This document shows, one piece after another, positions 46,545-56,768 of a stretch of DNA of 64,000 nucleotides. The stretch is from assembly GCA_965644315.1 (NCBI GenBank), contig CBFFRQ010000041.1, forward strand, positions 124,001-188,000, given 5' to 3'. This DNA comes from Caecitellus pseudoparvulus (Eukaryota; Protista; Bigyra: Bicosoecida). Both the position numbers and the translations under genes were made by a program. How positions within the stretch are numbered: position 1 is the first letter of the stretch; each line of letters starts with the position of its first letter. The notes below the pieces were generated by a model, which was not told the DNA's origin, did no database searches, and saw only the letters and a list, made by a program, of their open reading frames with translations.

Positions 46545-47012
46545 TCAGCTGGGCGCGTCTTCTGCACCACTGACACTGGATCGGGCAGTTTGGATCACTT
46601 CCTCAGCCCGTTGAAGCGTTTCGTGGGCTGTCGGCTGGACGGCTTGCAGCGAAGCCTGTGCGCTTGGTGAAGTTGAGGGCGCGGGCGGAAGGAAGCCGCC
46701 AGCGACGGCGCCGTACCGCAGGGACAGCTCAAGTGCGTCCTGGGTTGTACCCAGGGGCGGCAGCTGCTGCACGGCAAAGCGCAGTTCCCGTGGCATCGTG
46801 GGTATGCCGCTGCCAGGCGTGCGCTTGGCAAGTTCAAACCGTGCAGCGTGTGTTGCCATGCCGTCCAGAGCTCGCAGCGCGGCCAGGTAGATGTCCTGCT
46901 TGTGTTCAGGGGAAATATCTTGCCCTTCCAGCTCCTCCTCCACAAGCTTGCGCACAGCGTCTGCGGCTGCGACGCGCGTTTCGCTCGCGTTTTGGTTTCC
47001 TCCAGCAGCCAT
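46545..47012 (-). CDS. Hypothetical helical protein
   Basis: Intronless ORF with protein-like composition, divergent from TEX10; no domain recognised. Confidence 0.5.
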   Translation of the reverse strand: MAAGGNQNASETRVAAADAVRKLVEEELEGQDISPEHKQDIYLAALRALDGMATHAARFELAKRTPGSGIPTMPRELRFAVQQLPPLGTTQDALELSLRYGAVAGGFLPPAPSTSPSAQASLQAVQPTAHETLQRAEEVIQTARSSVSGAEDAPS

Positions 47013-47328
47013 AAAGGCGGGGGGCTTCAATCACGCTCTGGGAGACCAGTGCCGCAGTGGGCACGCGATCAAGGGATACCCACCCCTGGCTTAGACAGGT
47101 TGAGGGTGCAGTGTGGAATGGGCTGCTAGGGGTGCGTTGCCCAGGAGTGAAAAGTGACTGAGGCTGTCGCCACGAGGACGCAGCTAGCGGCAGCAAGCTG
47201 CAAGGCATGTGCAACTTCACTCGAAGTGCAAACCATACAGCCCATTAGTATTTGCAATCTTTCTGTTTTCCAGCGTACTGAAATCTTGCAAAGGTCGGTG
47301 TGCACTCCGTGTAGGGGCGGGGTCGCCT

Positions 47329-47338
47329 GCGGAAATTG
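47329..47338 (+). promoter_or_regulatory. GCGGAAATTG motif upstream of TEX10
   Basis: Exact copy about 70 nt before the ATG, in a divergent intergenic region. Confidence 0.45.
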
Positions 47339-47407
47339 GTTCCGGCAAACCAGACCCTGGGCCCGTCCAGAACACGCCGGTTGTCGCCAGCCTCAGCCTG
47401 TTCAAAC

Positions 47408-50400
47408 ATGGTGCGCACGAGGAAGGCGAAGAAGGTCAATGCCGACTTCAAGCACCGCAAGGCAAAGGTCGGGGGCAGGAAGCTGCCTGCGCTCAACAGC
47501 ACAAAGACCAGCTTCCAGTTCCGCACGCTGCGCGTGGCTGCGGGTGCCGAGCACGATGACACGCCAGAGACGGGCACCGTGCCTTCCAGCGTCGGCAGCA
47601 TCAGCTTCAGCCAGTGCATGGGCAATTTGAAGCACCACAACGTGAACATCCGGCGGGGCGCGCTGCAGCAGCTGACCAGCCTGTTTCAACACTCCGCTGC
47701 CTCCCTGCGCCTGCACCTGTCCGACGTCCTCTCCGCCCTGGGCACGCGCCTGACGGACACGGAGAGCACGGTGCGATCTGCGACGCTGGACTGCCTCATC
47801 GCGGCGCTGGAGGCGGTGCAGGGAGCCAGCCTGGCGCCGCACCTGCCCGTCCTCGTGGCGTACCTGGCCTCCGGCATGACCAAGCTGCACGCTAGCCAGC
47901 GCCTGGACACCCTGGCAGCGCTGCTGGCAGTGCTGGCGCGAGTCCCCCACCTCATGCAAGCGCATGTGGCGACACTGGCGCCCCTGCTCATCCAGCAGCT
48001 GGCAGCTGAGAGCACGACGGTGGTGGTGGGCAGCCACGTGCCGGCCCTGGCGCCGCCTCAGCTGGCGCTGGCCACAGACGCCGCACGAGCTGCCCAGACA
48101 GCCGCCAAGACCAGCGCCAGCAAGGTGGGCTCCCACGGTCCCGCCGGCAGCAGCAACGTGCGCGGCAAAAGCCTGCTGGGCGGCGTCAAGCGCCAGCGGG
48201 AGAAGGAGGCCGCCCTGGCCCCCACTCACGCCGCCAAGCGATCAGCCGTCGCTGATGCCGCAGAGGGCGTCGCGGCTGCGCTGGGAGAGGGAGCCCCAGG
48301 CGACAGTGGCGCTGGGCAGAGCAGTGCGGCGGCGGTGCCTGCGGCGGCAGCGTACAAGCAGCGGGGCAAGCTCACCAGCATCGAGTGCCGCCTGGCCTTC
48401 GCCGCAGCGCTGACCCAGCTGCTGAACACGCTGCAGCAGTCGGAAATGGGGGCGCAGAGCCAACCGGCACCATCTGCGCACACGCCCATCGTACTGCACC
48501 TCGACGCAGAGCAGGCCCAGGCGACAGCGGTGCAGCGTGCGTGGGTGCCAGCCCACAGTGCGGAGGGTGGGCCCATCAGCGCCGCCCCTGGCGCCCGGCG
48601 CACGCTGGACCTTCCCCTGCCGTCCGTGCTGCATGGCCTGAAGGCCCTCGTGGCCATGTGGAAGGAGTGCTGTGCCTTCTCCACGGGGGCGCTGGGGGGT
48701 GATGCGGGCACCAGCAAGGCCAGCGGGGCTGTGGCCGCGGCCATGGGCGGTGCACAAGACGCGCCCTCTGTCACGTTGCACCCCATCGCCCTGCAGCGCT
48801 GCAAGGCCGTGGCGGCGGCGCTGTCGGCGCTCCTGCGGCACTGCCCTGCAGCGGGGGCCACGGAGCCGAGTGCCATGTACGCCCCCCCGGATGCGGCGTG
48901 GGTGGCGCAGCACGGACTGCCTCAGGATGACGGACGCTTCAAGGCGCCGGTCACGGGGAAGGTGTTGCCGCCCCCGCCCCACGTGCCGGCTTGGGCCACC
49001 CCCGCCGCACTGTCCCTGCAGCTGCCGCCGGCCCGGCAAGTCGTCGTGAGCGCTGTGGGCGGCGCGCTGGGGCGTGTCTTCCCAGTGCCGCAGCCCAGCA
49101 TCGGTTCCTCCTCTGCCGCAGCTGGCGTGGCCCGCCTGGTCACGGAGCTGAACGTCGCCGTGGCCACCTGCCTCCTGCACCTGTCCCCGCCCACACACGT
49201 GCAAGCTGCCGTGGCGGCTGCCACCACGCCTTCGCCTGAGGAGCTGCTGCGGTGGGATGAGGTGGCGGCGGCCGCCTTTGTCGCCGGGCTGAAGCTGCCC
49301 GAGCAGGGCACCTACCCCGCCGTGGCCAGCCTGGCTGCAGCACAGGACGTGCTGGGCATCACCCTGCCTGCCCGAGATGTGCGGCGTTTGGAGGGCATGC
49401 GGCAAGAGGCCCAGGAGAAGGCGCAGGCTGTGCACCACTGGGCAGCGCGGCGCCTCAAACGAGTGCGCAGCACACTGCAGGAACGCTACACGTGGGCGCC
49501 TGCCGTGCTGGGGTGGGTGTTGCACGCGCTGCGGCGGGCTGCCGGGGTCCAAGGAGAGGGGGGGGGCGCGGCGGATACGGCGGCGCAGGTGCAGTCCAGG
49601 GCAGCCCTCCCCCTGGCCCACGGTGCCTCCTCCACGCGCGACGCCTTTGAGAGTGAGATGGAGGCGCAGGTGGCTGACGGCAAGCGCAAGGTGGGGGCGG
49701 GGCGGGGCCTGCTGGCCTGCTCCTGTGCCGCCCTGGGCGTCGCGGACGGCATCACGGCAGGCGAGGTGCTGGCCCTGCTGACCCAGCTGGGCACTGTCCC
49801 GGGCCTGGCACGCCAAGACGCGGCGTGGCTGCTGGAGGGCCTGCTGGCGCTGGCCCAGGACAGCCGTCCCTGGCTGCTGCACCACCTCGCGCCTGCCGTG
49901 CCCAGAGCGCTCTGGCGCCTGCGGGGCCACCTGCACGGGGGTGAAAGCACAGACGCCGCTCGGTTGGCTCGGGGCCTGGTCGCCGCTTTGTCCTTGTGGG
50001 CCCGCCAGACGCCCCAACCTGCCGCTGTGGCGCGGGTGCTGGCGGAGAGCACGCCCCTCTTCGCCACGGTGAAGCGGGCAGCCGGTGGCGTGGCGCTGCT
50101 ACTGGGGCCAGCCGTGCAGCTGCCTCGCGATACGCTGGCCCAGCTGGTGGGCGCCCTGGTCATGTGCGGGGCACAGCCGCAAGCGACACCCAACGCCAAG
50201 CTCCTGCGAGGGCTGGCCTGGGCGGCCCGCAACGCCGACACGCCCACTGCTGCACGGCAGGAGCTGCTGCACGGGCTGACCCTGCTGGGGCAGGCTGCCG
50301 GCTGCAGCCCCGCCGAGGTGTCGGCTTGGGTGGTGTGTGGCGCAGGGGCAGGGGGGGAGGACGCCAGCCCCCTGCAGGCCACAGCTGGGGAAGACGCCGC

Positions 50401-51058
50401 CTGGGTGTGGCTGCTGCCGCCCGCCCTGCCGACCCTGTGCGCTCGGGCCCTCGCCCCTGCCACTGTGCCTGCTCACCAGCACGCCGCCTTGGCAGCTGGT
50501 GTGGGGCAGGCGGTGGCGCAGCTGCTGCGCGGCGTGCATGCGAAGGACGCGGAGCAGGCTCAGGCTGCCGCACAGCTCGTGTGGCCGGCGGTGGCCACGG
50601 CTGCCCAGCGCCTATCCTGTGGCGTCTCCGGCCTCGGCGGCGTCCTGGAATCTGCCGTCGCGCCAGTGCTGGTGCAGCTGGCCCCTGCAGTGGGGGATGA
50701 GGCCCCCGCCACGCCGGTCGCCCTCCCCCCGCCACACGCTGAGCTCTTCCCCTCTGCAGTCTCAGCGGCCAACGCCTTGGTCCAAGGTGACGCGTCTGCG
50801 CTGTGTGCAGCCCTGCACTGCGCTGCGCAGCAAGCAGCCCGCGGCGCCGTGCCAGCGCCATTCGTGCAGTGGGTGTACGCAGCTGGCACAGCCCCCGCGC
50901 CTGGCGCCGCGTGGCTGCACGCTGACGTGCTGCAGCACTTGCAGCGCTTGCACGCAGCCATCACCAGCCACGGCCAGGGGCCTGAGGCTGCGGCACAGGC
51001 TGCCAAAGTCGCCGCGGCAGCCCAGGCAGTGGAGCGGGGCCTGGCCACCGACCTGTGA
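47408..51058 (+). CDS. TEX10: TEX10/IPI1 pre-rRNA processing (Rix1 complex) protein
   Basis: N-terminal ADFKHRKAKVGGRKLPALNSTKTSF, LKHHNVNIRRGAL, YLASGMTKL; HEAT-like remainder. Confidence 0.88.
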   Translation: MVRTRKAKKVNADFKHRKAKVGGRKLPALNSTKTSFQFRTLRVAAGAEHDDTPETGTVPSSVGSISFSQCMGNLKHHNVNIRRGALQQLTSLFQHSAASLRLHLSDVLSALGTRLTDTESTVRSATLDCLIAALEAVQGASLAPHLPVLVAYLASGMTKLHASQRLDTLAALLAVLARVPHLMQAHVATLAPLLIQQLAAESTTVVVGSHVPALAPPQLALATDAARAAQTAAKTSASKVGSHGPAGSSNVRGKSLLGGVKRQREKEAALAPTHAAKRSAVADAAEGVAAALGEGAPGDSGAGQSSAAAVPAAAAYKQRGKLTSIECRLAFAAALTQLLNTLQQSEMGAQSQPAPSAHTPIVLHLDAEQAQATAVQRAWVPAHSAEGGPISAAPGARRTLDLPLPSVLHGLKALVAMWKECCAFSTGALGGDAGTSKASGAVAAAMGGAQDAPSVTLHPIALQRCKAVAAALSALLRHCPAAGATEPSAMYAPPDAAWVAQHGLPQDDGRFKAPVTGKVLPPPPHVPAWATPAALSLQLPPARQVVVSAVGGALGRVFPVPQPSIGSSSAAAGVARLVTELNVAVATCLLHLSPPTHVQAAVAAATTPSPEELLRWDEVAAAAFVAGLKLPEQGTYPAVASLAAAQDVLGITLPARDVRRLEGMRQEAQEKAQAVHHWAARRLKRVRSTLQERYTWAPAVLGWVLHALRRAAGVQGEGGGAADTAAQVQSRAALPLAHGASSTRDAFESEMEAQVADGKRKVGAGRGLLACSCAALGVADGITAGEVLALLTQLGTVPGLARQDAAWLLEGLLALAQDSRPWLLHHLAPAVPRALWRLRGHLHGGESTDAARLARGLVAALSLWARQTPQPAAVARVLAESTPLFATVKRAAGGVALLLGPAVQLPRDTLAQLVGALVMCGAQPQATPNAKLLRGLAWAARNADTPTAARQELLHGLTLLGQAAGCSPAEVSAWVVCGAGAGGEDASPLQATAGEDAAWVWLLPPALPTLCARALAPATVPAHQHAALAAGVGQAVAQLLRGVHAKDAEQAQAAAQLVWPAVATAAQRLSCGVSGLGGVLESAVAPVLVQLAPAVGDEAPATPVALPPPHAELFPSAVSAANALVQGDASALCAALHCAAQQAARGAVPAPFVQWVYAAGTAPAPGAAWLHADVLQHLQRLHAAITSHGQGPEAAAQAAKVAAAAQAVERGLATDL

Positions 51059-51069
51059 TCGTGCATTGG

Positions 51070-51921
51070 CTACAGCGCTCCCCGCCGTGCGTTCTGCAGC
51101 TGCCTGTGGAACTCCTCCCTGTGGCTGCGTGCCTCGGGCGAAGCGCCCTTGAAGGCACCCAGGTACACTGTAGAGGTGGTGACGGCACCCGGCTTGGCTG
51201 CACCACGCATGGTCATACACATGTGGCTGGCCTCCACCATCACGGCGACACCTGCCGCCTCCACATGCTCCTCCACCGCTCGCGCCAGCTGAGACGTGAA
51301 GCGCTCCTGCACCTGCAGGCGCTTGGCGTACACGTCGGTCACCCGTGCCAGCTTGGACAGGCCCACGACTCTGCCCGTGGGCAGGTACCCGATGTGCACG
51401 CGCCCCGTGAAGGGCAGCATGTGGTGCTCGCACTGGCTGGCGAATGCAATGTCTTGCACGACCACCATGTCCTCCGACCCCACATCGAACAGGGCGCCCC
51501 GCAAGAGGGCTCCAGCGTCCATGCCGTACCCGGCAGTCATCTCCAGCAGCGCCCTGGCCACACGTGCAGGGGTCTTCACCAGGCCCTCCCGACTGGGGTC
51601 CTCCCCAATGCACCGCAGCAGCGTCTCCACCGCACCCTCCATCTGGGCCATGCGCTCCTCCTTGCTGCCTGCGCTGTGGGCTGCCTGGGCGCCCACTGCC
51701 ACATCAGCAGAGCCACCTCCCGACTCTGCCGCGGGGCTTGGGGATGACCCTTCACCCATGTGTCCTTTGCTAGGCATGCTTCCTGTGAAGGCGTAATAAT
51801 AAGGGTGGATGCTGCGCGTGCAGCCGCTGCGCCTGCCTTTGGCCGCGCACGAAGCCGCCTTGGCCAGCGCGTGTGGTGCTCGCCACGCACCAACAAGGCC
51901 CCCTTCAGCGTCACTTGCCAT
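51070..51921 (-). CDS. GCH1: GTP cyclohydrolase I
   Basis: GEDPSREGLVKTPARVA, CEHHMLPF, GLSKLAR, RLQVQER, HMCMTMRG; probable in-frame intron 51783-51890; start uncertain. Confidence 0.96.
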   Translation of the reverse strand: MASDAEGGLVGAWRAPHALAKAASCAAKGRRSGCTRSIHPYYYAFTGSMPSKGHMGEGSSPSPAAESGGGSADVAVGAQAAHSAGSKEERMAQMEGAVETLLRCIGEDPSREGLVKTPARVARALLEMTAGYGMDAGALLRGALFDVGSEDMVVVQDIAFASQCEHHMLPFTGRVHIGYLPTGRVVGLSKLARVTDVYAKRLQVQERFTSQLARAVEEHVEAAGVAVMVEASHMCMTMRGAAKPGAVTTSTVYLGAFKGASPEARSHREEFHRQLQNARRGAL

Positions 51922-52051
51922 TCCTGTTGCTGTCGGAAGCAACGGGAGCCGATTCTCAATTTGAACAGGTGCACGCAGACGCGGCGCTATTTTCCTGTGC
52001 CTTGTCGGAATTTGTCAAAGTCCGTGTCCTCGCCAGTGTGACGTGTGGGAG

Positions 52052-52061
52052 CAATTTCCGC
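52052..52061 (-). promoter_or_regulatory. GCGGAAATTG motif in the GCH1/TatD divergent promoter
   Basis: Exact reverse-complement copy caatttccgc. Confidence 0.45.
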
Positions 52062-52262
52062 ACGCCAACCCTGCGCTGCTGCGACTGCCCACGCGTCTTC
52101 CCCGTCGAGTGATCCGGATTTTCACCAATCTACATGAAACACGCATGTGGATGTGCCGCACACTGCGCAGCGTTCACTCGGTTTCTGTCAAGAAGGTCGC
52201 AGTCTGCTGCCAGGATCTGGCTCAACCTTGGCGCTGGCAAGAGACGTAGGTATTCGACACCC

Positions 52263-53183
52263 ATGGCTCACGAGGGCACCGGCAGCGAATCGGATGGACT
52301 CTGGGATGCACACTGTCACTTGCAGCTCGCCGTGGCGCGCGGCGAGGACCTGGGCGAGCTGTTACGCCAGGCTCAATTGGCTGGCGTGAGCCGGGTTGTG
52401 GTGAATGGCACCCAACCCTCGGACTGGGCTGCGGTGGCGGACATGGCGCGGGAGGACTCGCAGACCCCCGTGCACATTACCCCTTGCTTTGGAGTTCATC
52501 CGTACTGGCTGCTGGAGGCTGGGGACGAGAAAACCTGGCTGCCTGCGCTGGAGTCAGCGCTGGCTGCCGACCCAGCTGCGGGAATTGGGGAGACTGGCTT
52601 GCACAAGCCTGGGGCGGGCACGACACTCGCGTCAATGGAGGAGCAGGTGTCTGCCCTTCACCACCACCTGTCGCTGGCCAGACGCCTGGGCCGCCCCATC
52701 ACCCTGCACTGCGTGAAGGCGTTCGGCAGACTGCAGCAAGAGCTGCACCGCGCAGCGAAGGCAACGGCAGCTTCCCCGGCTTCAGGCCGTGCAGAGTGGC
52801 CGCTTGGGGCGCCTGTGATTCTACATTCGTACTCTGGATCAGCTGACATGGTGCCGGGCTTTGTGAAGCTGGGCTGCTTCTTCTCGTTTTCTGGCAGCGT
52901 TACACGCCCGAAGGCGACCAAGGCCCGTGCGGCGGCCATTGCCGTGCCGCAGGACCGTCTGCTTGTCGAGTCAGACTGCCCAGACCAGCCTCCGCACGGG
53001 ATCACCGCAAGTTCACCCGGAACTTCTCTTCCTGCCGTCCTCCAGGCCCTGGCAGGCTTGCGGGACGAGAGTGTTCAAGAGCTTGCGACCGCGACAGCGC
53101 GCACGGCCAACAGCTTGTTTGCTCTCCCTGCCCAAGGCGACCCCATCCAAGCAGCTGAGGAAGAGTCCCCCGACGAGGCATGA
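52263..53183 (+). CDS. tatD: TatD family deoxyribonuclease
   Basis: DAHCHL, GVHP, IGETGL, LHC, LHSYSGS, LLVESD. Confidence 0.93.
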   Translation: MAHEGTGSESDGLWDAHCHLQLAVARGEDLGELLRQAQLAGVSRVVVNGTQPSDWAAVADMAREDSQTPVHITPCFGVHPYWLLEAGDEKTWLPALESALAADPAAGIGETGLHKPGAGTTLASMEEQVSALHHHLSLARRLGRPITLHCVKAFGRLQQELHRAAKATAASPASGRAEWPLGAPVILHSYSGSADMVPGFVKLGCFFSFSGSVTRPKATKARAAAIAVPQDRLLVESDCPDQPPHGITASSPGTSLPAVLQALAGLRDESVQELATATARTANSLFALPAQGDPIQAAEEESPDEA

Positions 53184-53588
53184 AGCATTCTAGATCTTCC
53201 CGTGGGTAGCCTGTCCGGCAGCTGTCTAGACGCCATGACCTTGGCAACACTGACAGTCAGGCAGGAGCGGGGGGGATGAGGGGGGGTATCGGCAGCACCT
53301 TGCCTCGGGGAAAAAACAAACAACGCCTCATTCCATCTCGCGGCCATGCCTTTGGCTTCAATGTTTCGTGGCAAGATTCAACGTGCAATGCTCGTGCCTG
53401 TTTGCCCAGAGCAACCGGGCTCTGCCAGCTTGCCGCAACTTCCGTCCAGTTGCAGTTCGACCAGTGGCGGCGTGCTCTGGACCCGCCCACCTCGCCAGGC
53501 CTGCTCACAGACCAAGGCTGTCACGCTGCCAAGGAGTTGATCAGTTGCATGACTCCCTTGGTGCTTCCGCTCACACCGCTCGTCCTCC

Positions 53589-54791
53589 ATGACATCTGAA
53601 GACGGCGAACTCCCTGCTGCGACTGCAGCTGCTGCAGCAGGCGCTGGGCCGGCGCTGCCACCGTCGCGTGTCCTGCACGCCATGCCAAGTACAGTGTACC
53701 AAACTGATACTCAGAAGGGTATCCAGGACTCGTCCACACTCATGGAGGTGTGTGGCGCTGGGTTGCATTGACGCAATTCTGCAGAGAACATGCACTCATT
53801 CACCACCACACAGGTGGTCATTTCCCTGAGCGATGCGGCGTTCCAGTCGCTGAGCCTCGTGCAAGACCTGCACACAGCTGTGACTGGGGCCATTCGACGT
53901 TTTGATGGCAGCCAAGTGCAGCTGTACTGGTGCGTGGCCCGCGCCGCAGCGCTTCTCGGCGCCAGTGCAAGCCTCAGCCCACCTTGCCCTTCCCTGCACC
54001 GCATGGCAGCCACGACTCGGGGATGATGAAAATCTTGAAACTCAGTCCATCCATGTTTCAGTACTACTTGCAGCCGTCGAAGCGGGCGCTTCAAGTGCTG
54101 GTGCGTGCGCGTTCAGCAGCCGTGGCCACATTGCACTGGCTGGATTGTGCCCTGGCTGGCGAGCACCTTCTCGCCGCTGCCTCGGGGCATTGTGCAGGTC
54201 CACCGAAAATACTTGCCGGCTTCAAAGGCCCACAGCAATGCCCCGTTCAAGTTTGTCTGGTTCCTGCACCCAGTGCGAGAAGTTGTGTGTTCTTCTGCGT
54301 TCCTGGTAGCGTCCAAGCAGCCCCAGCAGGCTTCACCAAAGCCGGCGCCAAAGCGCCAGCGCCCCCCCTCGTCCAAGAAGCCCTGCACTGCTCTGCCAGA
54401 TGCAACGGATGCCTTGATTGACCACCATCTGTCCCGCTGCGACAAGAAGCGCCCGTTGGACTTGCCCTCCCCGCACTTGGTGGGAGTGCCCTCCAGCAGC
54501 AGCTTGGCAACCACCGCCAGCGACGTGCCCCTCGCGGCCGTAGCTCCTGACTCCCCCAAACGGGCACGAAGGACTTGCCATGACGGCAACCTGCAGGACG
54601 TCTTTCCTGTTGAATTCTTCCTGGGTGATCCCTTGGACCTCCTGTTTCATCCACAGGGTGAGCATGGCGGGCGCCGGGCTCCCCGCCCGCCGGCACCACC
54701 CATCGTGAAGAGTGTCAGCCCGTCGTGCTTCCTCAACACACTCCCGCCTTTGCTGTCGGCGGAACCGGAGCACACAAGCAAGGGGACGTGA
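53589..54791 (+). CDS. Four-exon hypothetical protein, possible Ig-fold DNA-binding factor
   Basis: Three phase-consistent GT-AG introns (53748-53813, 53930-54009, 54101-54197) join four short ORFs; PFKFVW...VCSSAFLVASK followed by a basic PKRQRPPSSKK segment. Confidence 0.6.
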
Positions 54792-54797
54792 CACAGT

Positions 54798-54809
54798 GCA
54801 ATGCATTGC
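54798..54809. terminator. Candidate bidirectional 3'-end signal GCAATGCATTGC
   Basis: Perfect 12-bp palindrome between convergent stops at 54791 and 54831. Confidence 0.55.
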
Positions 54810-54830
54810 GTGCGCGTGTGCGGGGCCATG

Positions 54831-56768
54831 CTACGCCGCTGGTGCGAAACTCAGGCGGCGTTGGCGCGGGACGCCATCCGTCACAGCACGTCGCAGGGGA
54901 GGCCTCGGCGCCGGCGTCAAACTCGTTTCTTGCCCAGACGCACTGCGATGCAGGGGTGGGGGGCTGTTCGCCTCAATGTCAAAGTGCTCCTGGTCAGCGC
55001 TGGGTCCCTGCCCACCTTCCTCGGGCGTGGGTGGCTTGACGGTGGCAGCGAGCGGCAGGTCGGCGTTGATGATGGGCGTGTGGTAGGGGTTGTAAATGGT
55101 GGTGGTGGAGATGGGTTCGTCCAGGAGGGGCATGTCCGCCCCCCCCTCCTCCGGCAGGCGCGCGTCCAGCTCCAGCGCCTCTTCCCCCTCCTGCTCCCCA
55201 CTCCGCCGAGCATCTGGAAGAGGGCTGCCAGCTGGCCACTGGATGAGGGACGTGGCACCTGGAGGTAGAGTCAGGGCGGCCAAGCCCGAATCCTCGTCCG
55301 TGGGCGACAGCGCCCGGCGTCCCTTCGTCACACGCAGCGGCGTCGCCAGCGTGTGCGCCATGCCCCGATTGCGCTCCCGGCTGGTGGCCTTGCGCTGGCG
55401 CAAGTCTGTGGCCTTGGCGTACAGTGCGTACGGCACGTACTTCTTGCCAGAGCGCAGTTTCCGCGTCGCAACGCTCTCTGGCGCCGGCCCTGACTGCATG
55501 AAAGTGGAGCCGTCAGCCAGCTCAGGCGGGCGCCAGTTCGGGTCCAGGTACGACGACAGCGTCTGGATGATGCCTGTGGCAGAGGCGTGCACGTCCGCCG
55601 CCAGGCCAGCGACAGTTTCGTGCAGCCGCCGGCGGAAGAGTGTGTTGGCGCGGTCCTTGGTGAGAGGCCTGCCGTCCTCCCCTTCTGCGGCAGCCCCCTC
55701 GTCGCCGTCCTGCGCCAAACTCAGCATAGCTGCAGTGCTGGGGCGTGTGGCTCGCCGCCACCAGGCTTGCGCACTGGCCCCGCCGTCGTCGAAGGCGTCC
55801 GCTGGAGCGCTTTCCGGGAGGCCCTCAAGCTGCTCGGCGCTGGGGTCGTCTCCCCCCAGCTTGCGTTGCCGGGCGCCACCAGACACCCCCCGAATGTACT
55901 CGCCCAGGGGCGGGTGGGAAGGCGTGTTCTGCCTGCCTGTTCCGGGTCGCACAGGGAACTCCGACGTGGAGGACTGCACCACATCTTCGAAGAGCGGCGG
56001 GCAGCGCAGGAAGGGATTCTTGGACTCGTGGCTGGTGCCTCGCACCGGCAGACCGTACATCTTGCCCTGGGTGCCTGGAGGCGGCAGCGTCGCGGCGAGG
56101 ACAGCGCCCAGGCGGGCCTCACGAGGACCGGGCGAGGGCGCGGTGCTGGGGCGCGTTGGGCCGATGCTCCACTTCCCCGATGACGGCCTGCGGGCTGTGG
56201 ACTGCGCCGGAGGCCGACTACGAGCGAGAATGGCGCTGTCCCAGCCCAGCCGGCGCAGGTAGTCTGCGTCGCTGCGGGAGCCGGGGCGCAGCGTGGAGTT
56301 GACAGCGGTGCCGGCCAGGACATCCCGTGCAAAGTGCGAGGCGGCGTCCAGAGCTTGCCTCGCACTAGTAGGCGCGGCATGCACCCCCCCTACCTCGCCC
56401 CGTCGCTTGCTGCCTGGGCTGGGCACGCTGGAGGAGTGCCTGGGCTGCAGCAGGTGGGCATGCCCTTCGCCTCGGACAGCTTGCTCGGCCGCCGCTCGGG
56501 CTTGGGAGACTGTGGCTGTGGCAGACGAGGCAGTGAAGGGGGACTGGAAGACGAGTTTGTCAGGTTTGAATGCGTGGGCACGTTCGAGGGGCCCTGCCTT
56601 GGCTTCGCGAAAGATGCCCGCCGGACCAGCCCGCCGCTCAGACGCGTGGGTCGTCATGAGGCTTGCATGTCGGAAGTGGTCCACTGGCACGGCATCCACA
56701 GCGGCTGCCACCTCCTCAGCAGTCTGTGAGCATCCAGTGCGTGAAGGTAGCGCAAGCGTGTGGGCCAC
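54831..56768 (-). CDS. Hypothetical low-complexity protein with repeated RPST/RPGS-type motifs (start uncertain)
   Basis: 645-aa ORF; its stop converges on the palindromic GCAATGCATTGC site. Confidence 0.55.
   Translation of the reverse strand: MAHTLALPSRTGCSQTAEEVAAAVDAVPVDHFRHASLMTTHASERRAGPAGIFREAKAGPLERAHAFKPDKLVFQSPFTASSATATVSQARAAAEQAVRGEGHAHLLQPRHSSSVPSPGSKRRGEVGGVHAAPTSARQALDAASHFARDVLAGTAVNSTLRPGSRSDADYLRRLGWDSAILARSRPPAQSTARRPSSGKWSIGPTRPSTAPSPGPREARLGAVLAATLPPPGTQGKMYGLPVRGTSHESKNPFLRCPPLFEDVVQSSTSEFPVRPGTGRQNTPSHPPLGEYIRGVSGGARQRKLGGDDPSAEQLEGLPESAPADAFDDGGASAQAWWRRATRPSTAAMLSLAQDGDEGAAAEGEDGRPLTKDRANTLFRRRLHETVAGLAADVHASATGIIQTLSSYLDPNWRPPELADGSTFMQSGPAPESVATRKLRSGKKYVPYALYAKATDLRQRKATSRERNRGMAHTLATPLRVTKGRRALSPTDEDSGLAALTLPPGATSLIQWPAGSPLPDARRSGEQEGEEALELDARLPEEGGADMPLLDEPISTTTIYNPYHTPIINADLPLAATVKPPTPEEGGQGPSADQEHFDIEANSPPPLHRSASGQETSLTPAPRPPLRRAVTDGVPRQRRLSFAPAA

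Noticed and set aside
37421-51921. PCBD and GCH1 as a pterin biosynthesis cluster
   Set aside because: They are 13 kb apart with five unrelated genes between them; chance proximity is sufficient.
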